Below, piece by piece: positions 11,531 to 25,130 of a DNA stretch of 64,000 bases (position 1 is its first letter; each line of letters opens with the position of its first letter). This stretch comes from Eremomyces bilateralis CBS 781.70 (taxonomy: Eukaryota). The position numbers and the translations under genes were made by a program. The notes below the pieces were generated by a model. It did no database searches and was not told the DNA's origin. It was given only the letters and a program-made list of their open reading frames with translations. The stretch lies in assembly GCA_010015585.1 (NCBI GenBank), contig ML975152.1. One strand, written 5' to 3'.

Positions 11531-12798
11531 ATGGCTCAAGTAAATGTTTCAGCAGGTGGAGGTGGTCTCGGCCTACTCTCGCGATTTAACAACGGGAATG
11601 CGCCCCTACTGTACATTGCCGCAGAGGAGGCAGAAGAAGACTTTGATCAAACCACAATTCAACTCTGGAAAGAAGAGGGATTTCTAGTGGAATATCTACC
11701 GTACCTAGGGACAGAAAAAGAGTTTGCAGCCGACCTCCATCAAATAAGTGCTAAGAAGGGGCTCGGGGATTACTTCGCGGTGCTCGCCTTTGGGGATGCA
11801 GCAGCAGTGTGTTTAGAGGTGTTCAGGAAAAACACTCCGAAGCTGTGCGCGTTGGTTGCATACTACCCTACATCAATACCGGATCCTCACTCAACATTCC
11901 CCATCTCCACGAGGGTTGTGGTACACCTTGCCGGTAGTGAAGTAGGGGTCACAAGGAATCCGCAAGTCCTCGGAATTCAGGGGAAACGACGGACAATTAC
12001 GAAGAGGATCAACGGTGCCATTGGAGTCGGGGGAAGACTTCAACTCGCGTATCCAAGCTATACGTATGCGAATGCGGGTCCCGGTTTTGCAGAGCATGAC
12101 CTCCCGGAATACGACAAAGTATCCGAGAGACTAGCATGGACCAGAAGTCTCGATGCAATGAGGAAGGGGTTTAGATTGGAGGTTGAGTTGGAAAAAGTTT
12201 GGGAAGAGCATCTCGATTGTATGTATTATCCCTGTTCTCCTTTAAATTTCATATCAGCATTGACAGTATTACAGACGAATTCAAACACAAGGATGCTGCG
12301 AAGACTATCGCCACGATGGTCTCGAACCCGTACGTCAACCACATCCCGACGTTAACCGGCGGCATTGGTCGAGAAGACCTATTTAAGTTCTACGAGGAAT
12401 TTTTCATCCCTTCAAATCCTCCTTCCCTGTCCACTCGCCTCGTCTCTCGAACAGTTGGCGTGGACAAAGTAGTGGACGAGATGATCATATCATTCAAGCA
12501 TACTTGCGAGGTTGACTGGATGCTCCCAGGGGTACCACCCACAGATAAGGATGTTGAAGTCGCGCTGGTGAGTGTGGTCAAGCTACGAGGCGGAAAGCTG
12601 TGTCATGAACACATCTACTGGGACCAGGCTTCTGTACTGGTTCAGGTTGGTCTACTGGACCCCAAGATGGTGCCACAGAAGTTCAAAGATCGGGGTTTAG
12701 AGCGGCTGCCGGTCTCTGGAAAGGAGGCGGCCCTGAAAGTCGTGGATGAAGACAGCATTCCTAGCAACCTTCTGATACTTGACTGGGACGGCGAGTGA
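11531..12798 (+). CDS. Dienelactone hydrolase-like domain fused to a SnoaL/NTF2-like domain (carboxymethylenebutenolidase-annotated family); intron 12219-12274
   Basis: ALVAYYP, GFAEHDLPEYD...LAWTRSL, then VWEEHLD-YEF...TMVSNPYVNHIPTLTGGIG...SRTVGVDKVVDEM...HEHIYWDQASVLVQVGLL. The intron joins the two ORFs in frame. Confidence 0.88.
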
Positions 12799-13196
12799 AA
12801 GTCTGTCGGAATGTGGCGGACTTTGCGGCAAGGAAGCACACTCCCATGCTCGGATCCTTCAAATATATCTCCATATTGGACATTTTGATCAAATACTATG
12901 CCAGATTTTATTACTGTCCACCCTATGCCCCGGGCGAATGCTTTGGACGTGATTGACTACGAATGTACCTCTGGTAAATTCTACGCACTGAGTAGTACAC
13001 TGTAGAAGGTGGTTTAGCCGCTTTATTGCTGCCTAGAATACTGAGCACAGTTCTGATAGTTCGGAAGAAATAGGAATGTAGAGAAGTCTAACAAGGTGTA
13101 TCTGAGGAGATCTAGATGCTAGGTAGTCAAAGTCTCTCTACCTCCACTCCTGACTGAGGACGAAGCGCTCGAGGCTAAAAGGGGTTTCTCTAGGTT

Positions 13197-15470
13197 TCAA
13201 CCGCCCCATCCAAACAATATCAACTCTTCCGGTTCCATCTGTAACCCAGTCACTGACTGGCAAATCTCATCCAACTTCCCCTCGAAATTCACATGCATAG
13301 CGTCCCATTGGGGATAATTGTCGATGCTTATGCCGTCCAAGCTCCAAACTGGGTCGTGATTGTCGATATCTTTCATGATTACATCATCGTCCTCATCAAT
13401 AGCGAATTCATGATCCACGTCGCCGTCGGGTCCAATGCAACTTCGAGAAATATCGCAAAGCTTCTTTTCCGGGTTGAAAACCCAGGCTGAGGCTCTCCCG
13501 TCTCGGGTAAAGGCCCAGATGCAAAGGTTGGCATGATTATGTATAGCGACGTCCACGACATGATCCATGGTAGCGACTTCGATCCCATAAACGTACATCG
13601 GCCACAGTCCGTCGCTGGGACTCGATATCTTGCCAGGTGGGCTAAAAATGGATTTCCAGGAGTGCAATAGATCATGGCACCGATCCGCTTCGGATAGTCC
13701 AGATGTCTCTTCCTTGAGCGAGTACCCATAGATATCGGAGGGGATTGAGTATTGGACGATTATGTTGTCGTAAACCGCAACAATCTTCACACCGGCTCTT
13801 GGATTTCTCGTAGCTGTATATATGCGAGGCAGTGATGCCCTTGCGTTTGGCGGGATGAAAATTAATTTTCGGCTCAGAATTCCTGGACGTCCAGCAGTGT
13901 CATGATCACCGTATACACCAAGACAGAGGCGGGTATTACACGCGTCAGTGAAGAGCATGTGCACTCCATCGGCTAAGGGAACGACGTGATAGTGATCGAT
14001 TGGTGATATCTGCGGTTCGGATGTAGGGTTTGAGTAGAAGACACCCCAGACACCCAATGCAGCCAAGGACGTGCGAACCCCGGCCAATATAACTTGATTC
14101 TGCCGTTCGGTGGTCGTGTAGTCGTCAGGGTGCGCTTGGCTAGGAACGAGTTGAACCTTTCTTCGAGCTCGTGGATATCCTGGCCGAGAAGGGATGAAGT
14201 GTAAAAAGTCGCTAGACACACGCAGCTGGAAATTTCGGACAAGGTGCTCGCCGGTAGTCCCCTCCGGCCAATGGAGCTCAACTCCATTCTTTGACCCAAA
14301 AGCAACGCAGCGGCGATGAGGACATAGGCCAACACTCATGGGAGGCTCATTCTGAGCGAAAACGTCCCGAAAGATCGTCCGCGGCCCTCGCTCAACCGGT
14401 ACACTCGTATTTCTCTGATGAAATGAGCCATCCCATTCGTCTTGTTCCCATTCGAAAGGGACACCACTGGAGTACATATTCCATTCTCGAGAAATCTGGC
14501 GGTTCAGGCGGTAGTGACTATGATGTGTCTCCTCTAGATCGGTAACGATTAAGCCACTGTGCACTCTGATAGATTCGAGTGGCAAAGTCCACCGATCGTG
14601 AGGTATGTCTCCGTCTCTATTCGGAGGCAAATTATTGCCAAGCGGTGGAGCATTCAGTCGGTACAGAGCGAGAGAGGACGTTGACGGTGGCCTTCGCTGA
14701 TCGCCCCAATGACTTAAATCGCCAACGCCGAAACCAAGTCTCGCCTTCGTTGCTAAGCTCCAACCGCGAGTGTCGAGATCGAACACCACCCCCATTCGTC
14801 CCTCCAGGAGTGCCGCAATAGCGTAGAGCTGGCATGTACTGTCCATACTCATATCAACCACGCGCCGTGGACAGAGAATTGTGGTCAGTATGTGAAATCG
14901 GCATTCAAAAAGCTCGTAGACGTAGATCATACTTGAATGCGCCACAAGAAGGAACTTCTGACAGACGCTCACCCTGAAAATGAGGGAGGACACCTGCATT
15001 GGGTCTTCTTCGTATCCGGGGACAAGGCCGGTAAAGTCCATGACTGCAGCGGGTGCGAAGAGACGAGGTTCAGATACCGAAGGTTCTCCATCGGGCAGCC
15101 GCTGAGGATAATTCCAAAGCTCCGTTAGCGCAAGAAGGTTGCTCATTACCCTGAGCGAGAAATCAGTGGTTCCTGAAGCGAAGCCTTCCCAGGCTATGCG
15201 ATCCATCGTATATTCGCACTCCTGTAACCACCCACCGAGCTTCAGTGCGCGCAGAAGCAGTTTCGGGTCCAGACTCGCCCGCATCCAGCTCTGACACGTC
15301 CGACGAGCCGAGTCAAAGTCTCGGGATCCAAGAAAGTTATATATTAGATGAATCAACTCGGTCGGAAGCCTCTGTGCAACAGCCACGGAGTTGTCATCGC
15401 GTCCGACTGGCTCGACGATTGCGAAAGGATGCTGCAGGAAATATCTGGCCCAAGAGAGACGCTCTGCCAT
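13197..15470 (-). CDS. F-box domain protein
   Basis: Long intronless ORF with an N-terminal F-box (RLPTELIHLIYNFL...FDSARRTCQSW) followed by a beta-rich region (SVCQKFLLVA, CPRRVVDMSMD, CPHRRCVAFG). First ATG at 15470; the ORF track starts at a GTG. Confidence 0.82.
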   Translation of the reverse strand: MAERLSWARYFLQHPFAIVEPVGRDDNSVAVAQRLPTELIHLIYNFLGSRDFDSARRTCQSWMRASLDPKLLLRALKLGGWLQECEYTMDRIAWEGFASGTTDFSLRVMSNLLALTELWNYPQRLPDGEPSVSEPRLFAPAAVMDFTGLVPGYEEDPMQVSSLIFRVSVCQKFLLVAHSSMIYVYELFECRFHILTTILCPRRVVDMSMDSTCQLYAIAALLEGRMGVVFDLDTRGWSLATKARLGFGVGDLSHWGDQRRPPSTSSLALYRLNAPPLGNNLPPNRDGDIPHDRWTLPLESIRVHSGLIVTDLEETHHSHYRLNRQISREWNMYSSGVPFEWEQDEWDGSFHQRNTSVPVERGPRTIFRDVFAQNEPPMSVGLCPHRRCVAFGSKNGVELHWPEGTTGEHLVRNFQLRVSSDFLHFIPSRPGYPRARRKVQLVPSQAHPDDYTTTERQNQVILAGVRTSLAALGVWGVFYSNPTSEPQISPIDHYHVVPLADGVHMLFTDACNTRLCLGVYGDHDTAGRPGILSRKLIFIPPNARASLPRIYTATRNPRAGVKIVAVYDNIIVQYSIPSDIYGYSLKEETSGLSEADRCHDLLHSWKSIFSPPGKISSPSDGLWPMYVYGIEVATMDHVVDVAIHNHANLCIWAFTRDGRASAWVFNPEKKLCDISRSCIGPDGDVDHEFAIDEDDDVIMKDIDNHDPVWSLDGISIDNYPQWDAMHVNFEGKLDEICQSVTGLQMEPEELILFGWGG

Positions 15471-16027
15471 TGAGGCCTTCGAGGCTTCCACAAATTTCGG
15501 TAGGAGGTTGGTATCTGGATTCGAAACTTTCGGTAAATATCGCTACCTGACTAAGAGACTCATGGGGTGCGTTATAGCAACAAAGACGCAATGGCAGGTG
15601 TCCCGATGATGAAGCGAACGGATAAAAATAGAGGAGATGATGGGTGTCGAGCCCCGAGGAACGCAACGAGGAATCTGAGACCGAAATATTGATAGAGCAT
15701 ACATACCAAAGATATAATGGACAACTAAATCAATATTCAAGGATAGACAAGGTTCCAATAGAAAAGAGAAGGGGTATTCCTGGCGCCGTAGGTGATGATT
15801 GCCTATTACGGCGTCCTCAAAGCCTTTTACTATACGAGTGTAACATTTGCAACGAAGACAGCACCAAGGTTTCCCTTGGAGGTACAATGAATACCGCATG
15901 ATGAATACTGCATAGGATAGATCCACAAGGTCCTAAGACCTAGAGGAATCAAATCGAATCATGACCACGCTATGCGAAGGATATTAAAACAAATCTATTA
16001 ACAAGGACATAGACAGGTTGGCCTTTA

Positions 16028-18759
16028 TTAAGCCTGCTGAACACCATTAGAGCCGTTGTGAAGGTTACTATCTTCACCTCGCCTGTCTTCATCCGTCAAC
16101 CAGGGTGGTTCGAGCCTATATCATTTAGAAATCGTCTGATGAGGTTGTAGGGCAATACATACGGGAGAACAAGATTGGGATTTACGAATCGCTTCGAGAC
16201 GTTGCTTCTCCCCTCAAGGGATGACCGCTCCGAGGTAGCGGACTCGTATCTTCGAGCGGCGGCGTCGTAGCTGTCATGATCGCGTTCTTCCACCGTGCCG
16301 ATTTGCTCCGCCTTTCGTATACATTTCAGCGCAATGAACGTCATCAGAGGCGTGTAATTCTTGCGAAAGACGTGGCTGAACCATATGGTTGCCAGCATCA
16401 ACGGAAGCATTCCAACCGATCGTCTTACTGCGCCTCGCAGCGCGAGCTGCCCGGCGATGGTGATTTGCATAACTACCAGGCCGACGGCGATTCGATTGCA
16501 AACCATCATCCAACTTTTGCCGGTCGAGGCTTGGCGGTGATCCATAGCGTAAAGAAGCTGGTATTTGTAGCAGAAGTATCCCATCAGGAAATACGCGAGC
16601 CCGGCAAAGAGTACCTCCCAGGATGCCCTCAAGCAGCTGTAAACGATGCATATCATGAAGATGAGAATCGTCTGCGGTAGATAGAAACCGTAACTGAAAA
16701 CAGGGGGTTGGATCAATTGCGCACGTTCTGCAATGGGTTAGTGTATCAGTTATAGTCAGGAGCCTGGATCATCGTACCTCTAGGTGTCTTTGCCATTAGC
16801 ATCCACACCGGATAGAGAGCCACACTCCCGAACTCAAGCAGCCGTAGCGGGTAAAGTCCGACGCCCTGCAGAATGACATAATTGACGTAGAATTTCCGGA
16901 GGTCCTGGATAGACAGCGCAAGCTTGTTTGCAGTCTCTCTGAGCGATTCGTTTCCAATATTGTCTAGCGAGAGGGACGCAGTCCCCAAGGCAGTGAAGAT
17001 GACGAAGAAGTTGAAAAACGTGAAAAAGAAGTTCTTAGAGATCACCGACAGCTCCACATCCCCCTGCGATGTCATGCCTTGTCGTCTTGAAAGCCCTGGT
17101 GGCTAGTTAGCGTCCATTCTGATTCCAATCTAGGTTCACTTACAAGCATAGAGGTACGGCACGGCGACATTCAGAAGAGATAGAATCAAAGTAGGAAGCT
17201 GAGTCTGAACAATCGAGCGAGCGGTCTTGTGATTGTCAAGGAAATCACCAAGCTGGGGCCAGATTTTGTGGATCGTGGCAAGGTCCAGGATACCGGCAAT
17301 TGGGACCAGGACAACAGACCAGAAGATCGTTAGAAAGACCATGAAGAAGGTAATACTCCAAGCACGGAACATGCGAGTCGACCGTGGAAGATATGTGTTC
17401 TTCCAAATCACATCGTTCGGAGAGGGACTCTTATTCGCCATGAGCTGCATCGGAGAGGGATCCAGTACAGCCTGGCATGCCATTTGCTAAATGGAATTAG
17501 TAGCCGAATTACTAAACGTTAAATAGCACTTACACAGGTGGCAACGCTGTCCATGGTAACGAAAGCGATGGATGCGGGCTCAAATTCCATTTGCCTTAGT
17601 GACCGTATCTCCTCATCAAGCCTTCGCAGCTTCTCTTCGTAGTAGTCGATCGCATCAATTTTCTTCGACCTCCACCAGCGACCGTACCAAAGGCGCTTTG
17701 TCGGACGGCTGTCATCCTTGATGCTTTCTTGACCATTGCCGATCAGGGGACTTTCTTCGAGTTCGGAAATGCCTGGATGGGAACTTGTTGCTTGGTCTGG
17801 ATACTTTCCTTTCCGCTTTTTGTTCCGCATATGTGTAACCTTGGCTCGTTCCACCTTTCTTAGGATGTGTGTTCTCTCTTTCATACGAATGTCCAGCCTC
17901 TCCCAATCGCAACAGAGATATACCGTCTCCACGTTGCCAATATCGAGATCTTCGATGAACTTTTGAATCTTGTCTTCGGAGCGTAAGTCGGGGGGGATAC
18001 CAGAGAGACGTATTGTTCGATCGGTTACGGTTGTCTGAGAGCCTAGATACTCTTGGCGAATCTTGATCAAACTAGTTGTTTCGACAATCATAAGGTATAT
18101 TGCAAGTCCGGTAAAGAAATATGCGAATGCAAGATACATCCATAGATAGTCGGCATCGTACATGCGAGCGATTTTATACCGGTCGGAAACCTCCAGGGTG
18201 GTAGGATGCTTATTGTAGACAAGGGAAATGTCTGACGTCTCATTCTTGTGGATCTTCTTATCATCGTCCGGATATTGGTCGTGGACAGGTTTGATGACGA
18301 TCAAAGAGAAAAAGAGCGTTACAACGATGAACTTGATGGCCATCTTGAAGAAGGCAAGGAACTTAAGTATGTTAGTCGGTCTCCCTCGGAGGCTAGGAGA
18401 GCGTAGGAGGGTTCACATACCGCATAAGCATCGAGTCCAGCAGATGCGAGAACTTGCTCTGGCGTAATACTCCATAACGTTGGAATCCATCCAAATAATG
18501 TGTTGGGGAGCTCGGGGAGCGATGTCGCCTCATCGTTTTGCTTCTTCCTCGCAGCGTATAAGCCCGTCCATCTTGGTCGCAAGATCTACCGTCCTCATCA
18601 GCGCAAAGATCCTCCATATCGGATCATGGAGACACGTACACAGAAGGAGAAGAAGCCGACAAGTCCAAGAACGGCGGACAGTGTAAGCTGGATATAGGTA
18701 TCGCGAGCGTTGGTGATCCCGTTAAGATCGCGGAAATCGCGGTCGAATAGGTGGATCAT
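16028..18759 (-). CDS. OSCA/CSC1/TMEM63 (RSN1/DUF221-type) calcium-permeable stress-gated channel, multi-exon
   Basis: Exons give ILRPRWTGLYAAR, ASAGLDAYA-FL.FFKMAIKF, TDRTIRLSGIP, AFVTMDS, SPSPNDVIWKN, SKNFFFTFFNFF, FSYGFYLPQ and YKYQLLYAMDH. The last exon ends at the TAA at 16028-16030. Confidence 0.92.
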
Positions 18760-19327
18760 GGTTAGCAAGCCGTTGCATTACCGAAGTTCACGGCGCCCAA
18801 CGCTAGCTTGAGTCGAAGACCTAGGGCCTCGAGGATGTACCGTACAGAGTATGATTGATTCACGTAGAACCTAGAGGTCATTCATTCATAAGGGTTGGAA
18901 CAAAACGAAGTCAGATCGCGACGTCACTCCGCAGCACGTGCAGCGTGTTGAGAAGCAGGGTTCACGCTAAGTTTAGGAGAAGCTTCGTTTCCTGCCAGAG
19001 CCGCAACCATTCGCGATAACTTGTGCTTTAGCAGCCTCCTCACAATCTACCTTGCACCGATGAAGGGAGACAATATTTGAAGCAACATCTCCGAATGGAA
19101 TGAGAATCACTAATCCAACAGACTAATCGAAGCTGACTTAAGGAGGCACACGCAGCGGTTCCTCAGTTCCCTATCGTACTGTACCTTTCCTGTCAGTTCA
19201 TATGCCTGAGGAGAGCAATAGCGACACTTCAATGATCTAGAGACTCGTTCTGACCGTGAGAATCTACTGTATTACCTGTCTTCAATCTTTTATTTGTCTT
19301 TCCGTTCGCGATGCTCTGAAAATCAAT

Positions 19328-20904
19328 ATGTCTAAGCCTGTCGTTCACATTGAAGTCCGGCTCAACAGCCTTGCCCGTCCGGATTTGGTACGTTGGTTCA
19401 CAAGCACATCGTTCCCTGGCTCATAGCTCTCTTCAAAGATTCGAGAAGAACTCACGCAATGGATCAAAGAGAAGTTCCTCAACTTGAAGATCGACCAGTC
19501 GATTGTTACGCATGGTAAAGTTCCTATTGTCTTGCCTCGCGTCCCATTCCTCATCGAGAAGTTCCAGATCACTATTACAATTCATCATGCATCGAATCCA
19601 TCAAAGTAGTGGATGTCTCCGGCGAACCGAGCCCGCACGGCATCTTCCAGTTGAAAGATGTCATCCTGGACGTACAGGCATACAGAATGCACCAGAACGA
19701 CCAATCCGAACCTCTTGTGGCCGACGAGCCTGAGGATGGTAACTCGCAGTCAACGTCTGTTCAGATCCTCCCTCATCGATCGTGCATGGAGACCTGGGAC
19801 AGCCTTGTATTTGAAGATCTGGTCCACAAGCAGATGCTTCGATATCTCACACGGATGATCAGCCTAACCAAGAACCCGAAAATGAACCTCTCCGCGATCA
19901 ACTGGAACCGGATCGTCCTATTCCATGGCGCCCCGGGTTGCGGCAAATCCAGCCTCTGTCGCGCCCTTGCGCACAAGCTCACCATCCGCCTGGGCAAGCT
20001 CTTCGCGCAAGGAAAGCTGATTGAAGTCCATTCGCAGTGTCTGATCAGTAAATGGTTTGGGGAAAGCGGCCGCCTGGTCGCCAAGCTCTTCGAACAGATC
20101 GAGGAAGTGGCGCGAGAAGACGAAAGCACGCTCGTTTGTGTCCTGATTGACGAGGTGGAGAGCATTGCCGGCCGGCGGGAGAGATCCGTTGCTGGTAACG
20201 AAGCCGTCGATTCTCTGAGGGTAGGTGGACGGCCGGATCCCGTTATGACTGCACCGACCCAGCACCAGTTGACATAGTGAACAGGCCACAAATCAACTAC
20301 TGACAGCACTCGACCGATTGAAGACGAGAACAAACATACTAATCATGTGTACAAGCAATATTGTGTCCGCACTAGTGAGCTTGAAGTCACCAGGGCTCGG
20401 TACACTGTTTAACTTTAAAAGGATCGCGCATTCCTCGACCGAGTTGATGACATCCAACACATCAAAAGTCCATCCAAGAACGTCGCCTACGAAATCTTCC
20501 GGTCCTGCCTCACCGAGCTCGTCCGCTGCGGCATCTTTACCCCCGACGCATCATCTACGACCGCCTCCCCCACATCTCTGTCCTCCGACCAATCCGAATG
20601 GGAACTGGTTCAAGGCATGTCCCTGGCGCGACTCGAGGAGGTGCGGATGGAAATCTGGAACCAGCCGGTCCCTCCCGCGTACGCGCATCCGTCCAAACGC
20701 TTGTGGGAAATCGCGCAGAAGTGCGAGGGGTGGAGCGGCCGGACGCTACGTAGGCTGCCCATTCGTGCGTTGGCGAAGTACACGTATGGGGATTGCTCGA
20801 TCGATGATGCGCTGGATGCGATGGCCATGCTGGTGGATGAGAGAATGGAAGAATCGGATATGGGAACTGTGGCTGATGCGCCGGCGATGGAGAATAGCGG
20901 ATGA
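19328..20904 (+). CDS. PCH2: Pachytene checkpoint AAA+ ATPase Pch2/TRIP13, four introns
   Basis: N-terminus MSKPVVHIEVRL, then WDSLVFE, INWNRIVLFHGAPGCGKSSLCRALAHKLTIRL, SKWFGESGRLV, VLIDEVESI, ATNQLLTALDRLK, DRAFLDRVD and GWSGRTLRRLP. Confidence 0.93.
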
Positions 20905-21348
20905 GCTCGTCGGGCGCCTATGACATCGGGGGATCAACCGCAGCTAAACAAAAGGATTTGCGTGGTCGTGATGATTACTCGATTAAGGTCTTTGAATTAC
21001 GTCGCTCGCCCTGAAGGTGAGGATGAGAACTATCAAACCACCGAAAATATTCCACGCCTCAAGACCCTTCAAGCGCTATTAATATGTTCTTGCTAAAACG
21101 GCTGGAGACATAAATCATCAGGGACAAGCATCCATGCCTACCCCTGCAAATGGTTGGTATCGATATTCGGAACGCCTCCTGGGCATTGCGCTATAAGCAC
21201 CACCAGGTGTACATGCCGTTGCGATATATGAGAATGGCGCGATATCAATGCCCTATCCATCGCCTCCTCGAACCCGATAACCTTATTGACACAGAATGTA
21301 ATGTGAGGACATTCCAAGTTCAGCGTCCGACACTCGTCGGCTCCATCT

Positions 21349-22959
21349 TCATGTGTCAACAATCCTCACCATCGCCGCCAGCTCCGGGAACTGCTCCGCA
21401 AAAGCAGGGCCCAGCGACCAATTGGCAAGCGTGAGGACGTGCGCCTCAAAGAGCGGATTGATCTGCCATCCGCCGGGCGCGTTGTCGGCGATGTCACTGT
21501 CGGGGGTCTGCGCACCGTGTGGAGACAGACCCGCAGCCCCGCTGTGCGGCGACGCTCCGGGAACGGAGGCGGACGACTGTGCGGGAGCGGGGATCAGGCA
21601 CTCTTTCGGATCATAGGGCCAGTTGACGGAGATGGTGGTGGTGTATGGGATAAAGAAGGTGTCGAAGACCGTCCATGGATCCTGTTGGACCATCAAGTCT
21701 CGCATTTTGGGCCTGTAGTTGAAGCGGTTAGATGACCCCCTTTCAAACCGGCGAGTACAACTTGAGAACGACCTACCATGGCAGATAATCAAACCAGACG
21801 GGATGAGGTGTAAATAGCTGGCTTGGTCGTGGCTGGAGCCAATCTGGCAACCGGTCATAGTTCTCTCGTGTCGGTTCAATCTTCCAGCGCATAATCAGAA
21901 ACATGATGTGTACGACCGCGACCTTTTCCGGCAGGGTCCGCAGATCAGGAAATGTGCGAACGATATCGGTCATCACATAGGATAGCGGATGTGAGTAGGA
22001 ATTAGTAGATTGATTGAGCAACGGGGCGAAGTTCGGGTAACGGGGTCCCGCGATCACTTTGGACGATGCCCCTTCTTTCGCGAGCTGTTGCCTCTCGGCC
22101 AAGAACTTGAGGAAGATGGAATCCAAGGTGAAGGTCGGTGCGATATGCTGCGGCAGGATCGAGTAGGCATGGATCGGTGTCTGGGATAGAGGAATGGTCG
22201 TATGATGTAGTCGGGGGGAGGTGGTCGCAGATTCGGGAGGGACGCCGTTGGCGACATTGAGGAGTCGCTGGTTGCCGTCCAGTATGAAATCGACACCAAG
22301 CCGCTCATCGAGGTTGCCATATTGCAGGCCAGGATGGATATTGCTCCGCGACTGATCCGGGGCCGATGGGGTCGATGACCATCCTCGAATGTTACTCGTA
22401 GGTGCTGCGGAAGGATATGTCCAGTGTGCTTCTGTTGCAGCCTGTGTGTCGCGGGTTTCCGCAGCGGGTCTTGCGTTTCCGTTCGTGCTCGATTCAGCCC
22501 TCGGGTCCCTTTCTTGTTGGGCTGCGGTCGCTAAATCTATGTCGCCAATCAGTATTCCATAAGGCTTTGCGTTTTGCTGAGTCTAATAATCCTACCATTG
22601 AGACTCTGGCCTCCTACAATAGGTTGAATCAAAGCAATGACTGAGGTCAGCCGTCTTCGAATATCCTCATTTGCTCTTTCTGCAGCCTCCTTCTGCTGGA
22701 TCGCCGCCTGAAGATCATGGTACGGCTGCTCCGACTGCAATTCACGGACTCGGTCCTCGAGTCGGGTAATTTGTGTCTTGGTCCTTTCACGGATCGCACG
22801 CTGGGCTTCCCGGTCGTTCTGACGCTTTCGCGCAAGCTGCTCGGGGGTGAGACTCGCGACCGAACGCGAAGAGGCGGATGCGCCAACGGCGGATCGCTTG
22901 CGTTTGTTGGAATGGTGTTGGGGGCTGCCTGGGGTGGTTACGAAGTCTGGGTCCTGCAT
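21349..22959 (-). CDS. bZIP transcription factor with a C-terminal DUF3425-type domain, at least two introns
   Basis: Basic region KRQNDREAQRAIRERTK plus leucine zipper; C-terminal PRPSQLFTPHPVWFDYLPW-PKMRD, SVNWPY and NWSLGPAF. Confidence 0.88.
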
Positions 22960-23657
22960 GGTGATCTTCACGGGTTCCTACGGGGCATACAGCGTACAGT
23001 TGATAGCTAGCTAATGCGCCTTGATGGGATCGGGTGGAGAGGATGCAGGAAGTTTGAGTAAGAGGAGGATTAGGAAGGAGCGGCTCACTGGACGAAATGA
23101 CTCGCGAAGCTGGGGAAGGGGGGAGTTGGTGCCTGAAAGCGACGACATCGTCTTGCTGACTTTCCGTTTTGAAAGTGACATCAACTCGTGATTTCTTGGG
23201 TGTATCACGTGACCCATCCACCAACATCAATGGGTTCCAGGGGGACGGTTTACCATTAGTATTGGATATTAGAGGATGTCGACCCCGCAATACGATTTCC
23301 CTCGGGTATGAAATTGATGTATCACTCCAACCCTTTGCTGCTTTCCAGCTCCAATAGGCGCAATGCCCAGCCGATGAATTTCAATACAGCAAGTGTATCC
23401 ATCCCCCCGGAGGGGTTTTGGTCTTTTGGACCGTAGTAGTTCCTGGTCCCGGGCCTACCAATGGGCCTGGACTATGCCATGCACGAGGTAATCTCGAGCA
23501 GCCTTAAAAGTTGATGTCCCGCTCTATCATTAAGCTTGTTGCTGTCTGTTTTACCAGCATTGATACTGTGATGAAGTTCTGAAGTTCCGAAGCCTGAAGT
23601 CTGTTAAAAGCCTCCGTCTTAATCGGTGATCATTGTATACTCCCCCAATACTCAAAC

Positions 23658-24900
23658 ATGTCGTCCCTTGGCCTTGTCTCGGTCCAAACCAAGACCCGTA
23701 AGCAATGCCATCCGTCGCATCTCATCCGCCCCACAGCTAACTTCTCCCAGTGCTCGCCACGCTGATCCGACTGTTCACCTCGCCCCTCTCCGGTTCCAGG
23801 GGCGCGCAGAACTACTTCAAAGATGTCATGTTCGCCGGGATGCGGGCGCAATTGGGGAACCTGACGTTTCCGCAGGAGCGCGGCTTGAACGGCGATACGA
23901 CGACGGACGTGTACAATAAGTTCGTGGCCGCCAAGGGGATTCCGGGGAAGAGCCTTACGCTTCCGTCGGGGACGCAGGCGCATTGGCTGGGGGATGAGTC
24001 GGCAAAAGATGTGTTTATCTGGTTCCATGGTATGGCGTCCGCAGCTTGGACTGGTGAACGATGATTAACAAAGTTTGACAGGTGGTGGATACTGCGTTCC
24101 GAGCAATCCTGGCAACATGGGCTTCCTGTTGGCGTTGAAGGATGCCATGGTCGCTCAAGGCCATTCGTTTGCAGTCCTTGTTTTGACCTACGATTTGGCA
24201 CCCGAGAATCCATACCCCGCGCAACTTCGACAGGCCGCCGAGCTCATGCACCATCTCCTGGAAGTGGAGAAGCGGAATCCGTCCACTGTAAGTGCTCTCT
24301 TCATGAATTTGCTCGTCCGGGATAGGCGCATGACTAACTATATTTGACCAGCTCACCATCGGCGGCGATTCCGCAGGAGGCAACCTGACCCTGGCCCTCT
24401 TCTCTCACATCCTCCACCCCCACCCCGACCCCAGTATCCCCCGCGTATCTCTCTCCTCCCCGCTCCGCGCTGCGATCCTCGTCTCCCCATGGGTCTCGTT
24501 CGACCTCACCTGGGACTCCTTCCGCACGAACGCGCAATCCGACATCTTCGACGGCAGGCTGCTCAAGCGCTGGTCCGGCGGCTTCCTAGGGTCGTCGACG
24601 GGCGACAAGTACAGCGAGCCGCTTACCGCCGATCCGGACTGGTGGCGGGGCCTGCACGGACTGACGAGCGAGGTGTTGATCTGGGGCGGAGGCGGGGAGG
24701 TGCTTCTGGATGGGATTAAGGAGTTTTACTGGAAGATTAAGGAGGGGTGGGTTAATGGAGGGGCGGAGGGGAAGAAGCTTACGATCGTTGTGGATCCGCG
24801 ATGTGCGCATGAAGAGATGATTGTTCATCGGTTGCTGGGCTATAAGACCGCGTCCCCATCGGAGAAGTCGATTGAGAAATGGTTGCAGGCGAGGTTGTGA
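23658..24900 (+). CDS. Alpha/beta hydrolase fold-3 esterase (Say1/Mug180-like), three introns
   Basis: Spliced motifs WFHG-GGY (oxyanion hole), YDLAPENPYPAQLRQA, nucleophile GDSAGGNL, ILVSPWV, GGGEVLLD and a C-terminal His (CAHE). Confidence 0.88.
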
Positions 24901-25130
24901 GGTTGCGGGTTCGACCGGTACCCATAATGGGCGCATAGTGTAAGTTTCGGATCTCTGGAGCTATCCGTCAGGAATACCATTTTCTGTATTTACGAGTGCG
25001 AGCTGTTTGATATAATGGCTTGGTAAAATAGCGAATTTGATCAGCGTCGTGTAGCGTCATGTTTCCTATCCTGACAACAGGCTAAAGTGTTCATCCACGT
25101 ATTGAATGTGTTTGACAATGGATAGTCCTT

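Noticed and set aside
24900..24950. tRNA T-arm-like GGTTGCGGGTTCGACC
   Set aside because: It directly abuts the hydrolase stop codon, and no acceptor stem, D-arm or anticodon arm can be formed.
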